Both the position numbers and the translations under genes were made by a program. Below the pieces are notes generated by a model. The model searched no databases. It was given only the letters and a program-made list of their open reading frames with translations, and was not told where the DNA came from. A stretch of 64,000 nt of DNA from assembly GCA_963771275.1 (NCBI GenBank), contig CAVYSW010000009.1, positions 1 through 64,000 of the forward strand, given 5' to 3'. Below, piece by piece: positions 62,413 to 64,000 of the stretch (its first letter is position 1; each line of letters opens with the position of its first letter). This stretch comes from an uncultured Gemmatimonadales bacterium. Its GTDB lineage: Bacteria > Gemmatimonadota > Gemmatimonadetes > Gemmatimonadales > GWC2-71-9.

Positions 62413-63968
62413 ACCTCGCCCGCTCGGCCCGACTGCTCGAGCGCCTGGCGGACGCCGGCGTCGGCCAGCTGTGCCTCTGCCCCGGCGGCCGCAACTCGCC
62501 GATCGTGCTGGCGGCGCAATGCGCGCGCGGCTTCCGGTGCTACTCGTTCTTCGAGGAGCGGTCCGCCGCGTTCTTCGCCGTGGGCCGCGCGCGCGCGACC
62601 GGCGCCCCCGTCGCCGTGGTCACCACGTCGGGCACCGCGGCGGCCGAGCTGCTGCCCGCCGCCGTGGAGGCCTACTACGCGGGCGTTCCGCTGGTGCTGG
62701 TTACGGCCGATCGTCCGGCGGCGTATCGCGGGACCGGGGCGCCGCAGACCATCGAGCAGGTCGGCCTGTTCGGCGGCTACGCCCCCACGGTGTTCGACGG
62801 CGAGCGCGCGGACGACGAGCTCGATCTCGCCGCGTGGGACGCCGCGGGCCCGATCCACCTCAACATCTGCTTCGACGAGCCGCTGGTGGACGGGCCGATT
62901 CCCCAGACCAGCGTGACGGTGCGACCGCGCGCCGCCGCCCCGCCCGCGGCGGACGCGGGCCCGCTCGTCGCGTTCCTCGCCCGCGCGCGCCGCCCGCTGG
63001 TGCTGGTCGGGCCACTCGACGCCGCCGACCGCGCGCCGGTGCGCGATTTCCTGGTGCGCTACGCGGCGCCGGTCTACGCGGAGGCCGCGTCGGGGCTGCG
63101 CGAGGAGCCAGCGCTCGCCGACCTGGTGCTCACGTCGGGCGAAGGTGCGCTCGCCCCGGCGGACGTCGACGGCGTGCTGCGGATCGGCGGTGTGCCGACC
63201 CCGCGGCTGTGGCGCGATCTCGAAGGGCGGCTGGCCCAGCTCCCCGTGTGCTCGGTGGCCCGCACGCCGTTCCCCGGCCTCACACGCTCCACGCTGGTGC
63301 GCGGCCCGGTCGGCGCGATCCTCCAGTCGGTCGCGGCGCCGGCGGCGGACCATGCGGCCACGCACGCGCTGATCTCCCGCGACCGGGCGCGGGCGGAGCG
63401 GCTCGCGCCGCTCTGGGAGTGCCACCCGCGCGCCGAGCCGACCCTGCTTCGCGCGCTCTCCCATCTGGTGCCGGCCGGCGCTTTGGTCTACCTCGGGAAC
63501 AGCCTCCCGATTCGCGAGTGGGATCTCGCCGCGCTGCGCCGCTCCCGGGGCTGGGACGTCGGCGCCAACCGCGGCGCCAACGGGATCGACGGGCAGCTGT
63601 CCACGTTCTTCGGGATGTGCCGGCCGGGCCGGGAGCATTGGGCCATCGTGGGCGACCTGACCGCGCTGTACGACCTGAGCGCGCCGTGGATCCTCCCCCA
63701 GCTCGACGCCGGCCCGACCCGCATCGTGGTCGTCAACAACGGCGGCGGACAGATCTTCGCGCGGCTGTCGCCGCACGCCGGGCTGCGCAACGAGCACCGC
63801 CACGAGCTGTCGGGCTGGGCGGCGCTGTGGGAGATGACGCACCACCGGTGGGAGGCGGTCCCCGGCGCGGCGCCGGCCGACGCCCACGCGGTGATCGAGC
63901 TGCTGCCGGACCGCGCGCAGACCGCCCGCTTCTGGCGGGCGTACGACGCACTCGACGAGCGGTCGTGA
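62409..63968 (+). CDS. menD: SEPHCHC synthase
   Basis: CPGGRNSP, EERSAAFFA, TTSGTAAAEL, ANRGANGIDG, GDLTALYDL, NNGGG. Confidence 0.93.
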   Translation: MNLARSARLLERLADAGVGQLCLCPGGRNSPIVLAAQCARGFRCYSFFEERSAAFFAVGRARATGAPVAVVTTSGTAAAELLPAAVEAYYAGVPLVLVTADRPAAYRGTGAPQTIEQVGLFGGYAPTVFDGERADDELDLAAWDAAGPIHLNICFDEPLVDGPIPQTSVTVRPRAAAPPAADAGPLVAFLARARRPLVLVGPLDAADRAPVRDFLVRYAAPVYAEAASGLREEPALADLVLTSGEGALAPADVDGVLRIGGVPTPRLWRDLEGRLAQLPVCSVARTPFPGLTRSTLVRGPVGAILQSVAAPAADHAATHALISRDRARAERLAPLWECHPRAEPTLLRALSHLVPAGALVYLGNSLPIREWDLAALRRSRGWDVGANRGANGIDGQLSTFFGMCRPGREHWAIVGDLTALYDLSAPWILPQLDAGPTRIVVVNNGGGQIFARLSPHAGLRNEHRHELSGWAALWEMTHHRWEAVPGAAPADAHAVIELLPDRAQTARFWRAYDALDERS

Positions 63969-64000
63969 TCTGGGCGCTGCACGGCTTTCTGGGACGCGGC
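63965..64000 (+). CDS. menH: Alpha/beta hydrolase, probable SHCHC synthase (5' fragment)
   Basis: MIWALHGFLGRG, overlapping the menD stop. Confidence 0.65.
   Translation, partial: MIWALHGFLGRG

Overview
High-GC bacterial DNA. Gene content and style suggest Gemmatimonadota, which is an inference. Left end (1-10.3 kb): a minus-strand defence island (HNH nuclease, MazG-like pyrophosphatase, Mrr, DUF2779-type nuclease, SNF2 helicase, Fic, type III RM Mod running off the window). It is heavily frameshifted and ends beside tRNA-Pro(GGG), which has an unusual upstream copy of its 5' half. 11-27 kb: accessory genes, including HicB with a hicA remnant, a hybrid kinase, an AraC-like regulator with a Cys-rich secreted peptide and beta-propeller, an ECF sigma with an anti-sigma/thioredoxin fusion, two VapBC modules, a DUF5916 protein, DinB and a Rieske operon. 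27.9-43.7 kb is the best candidate for an undescribed system: four secreted DUF11-family proteins. The pattern of N-terminal strands and truncated C-terminal domains suggests a donor-strand-polymerised, possibly isopeptide-locked surface fibre with tip, shaft, accessory subunit and an OmpA/beta-barrel base. It has three sigma-54 promoters sharing a GTTAC-N5/6-GTAAC-N7-GTAAC motif and sits next to an NtrC-type activator and phosphorelay. 43.7-64 kb: secreted proteins, a nirK-like gene with a Cys-containing regulator and palindromic operator, three tandem PspB-like paralogues, penicillin acylase, citrate synthase, TIGR03545/03546, acetate-CoA ligase and menF-menD-menH. All calls come from reading motifs by eye; no searches were run.
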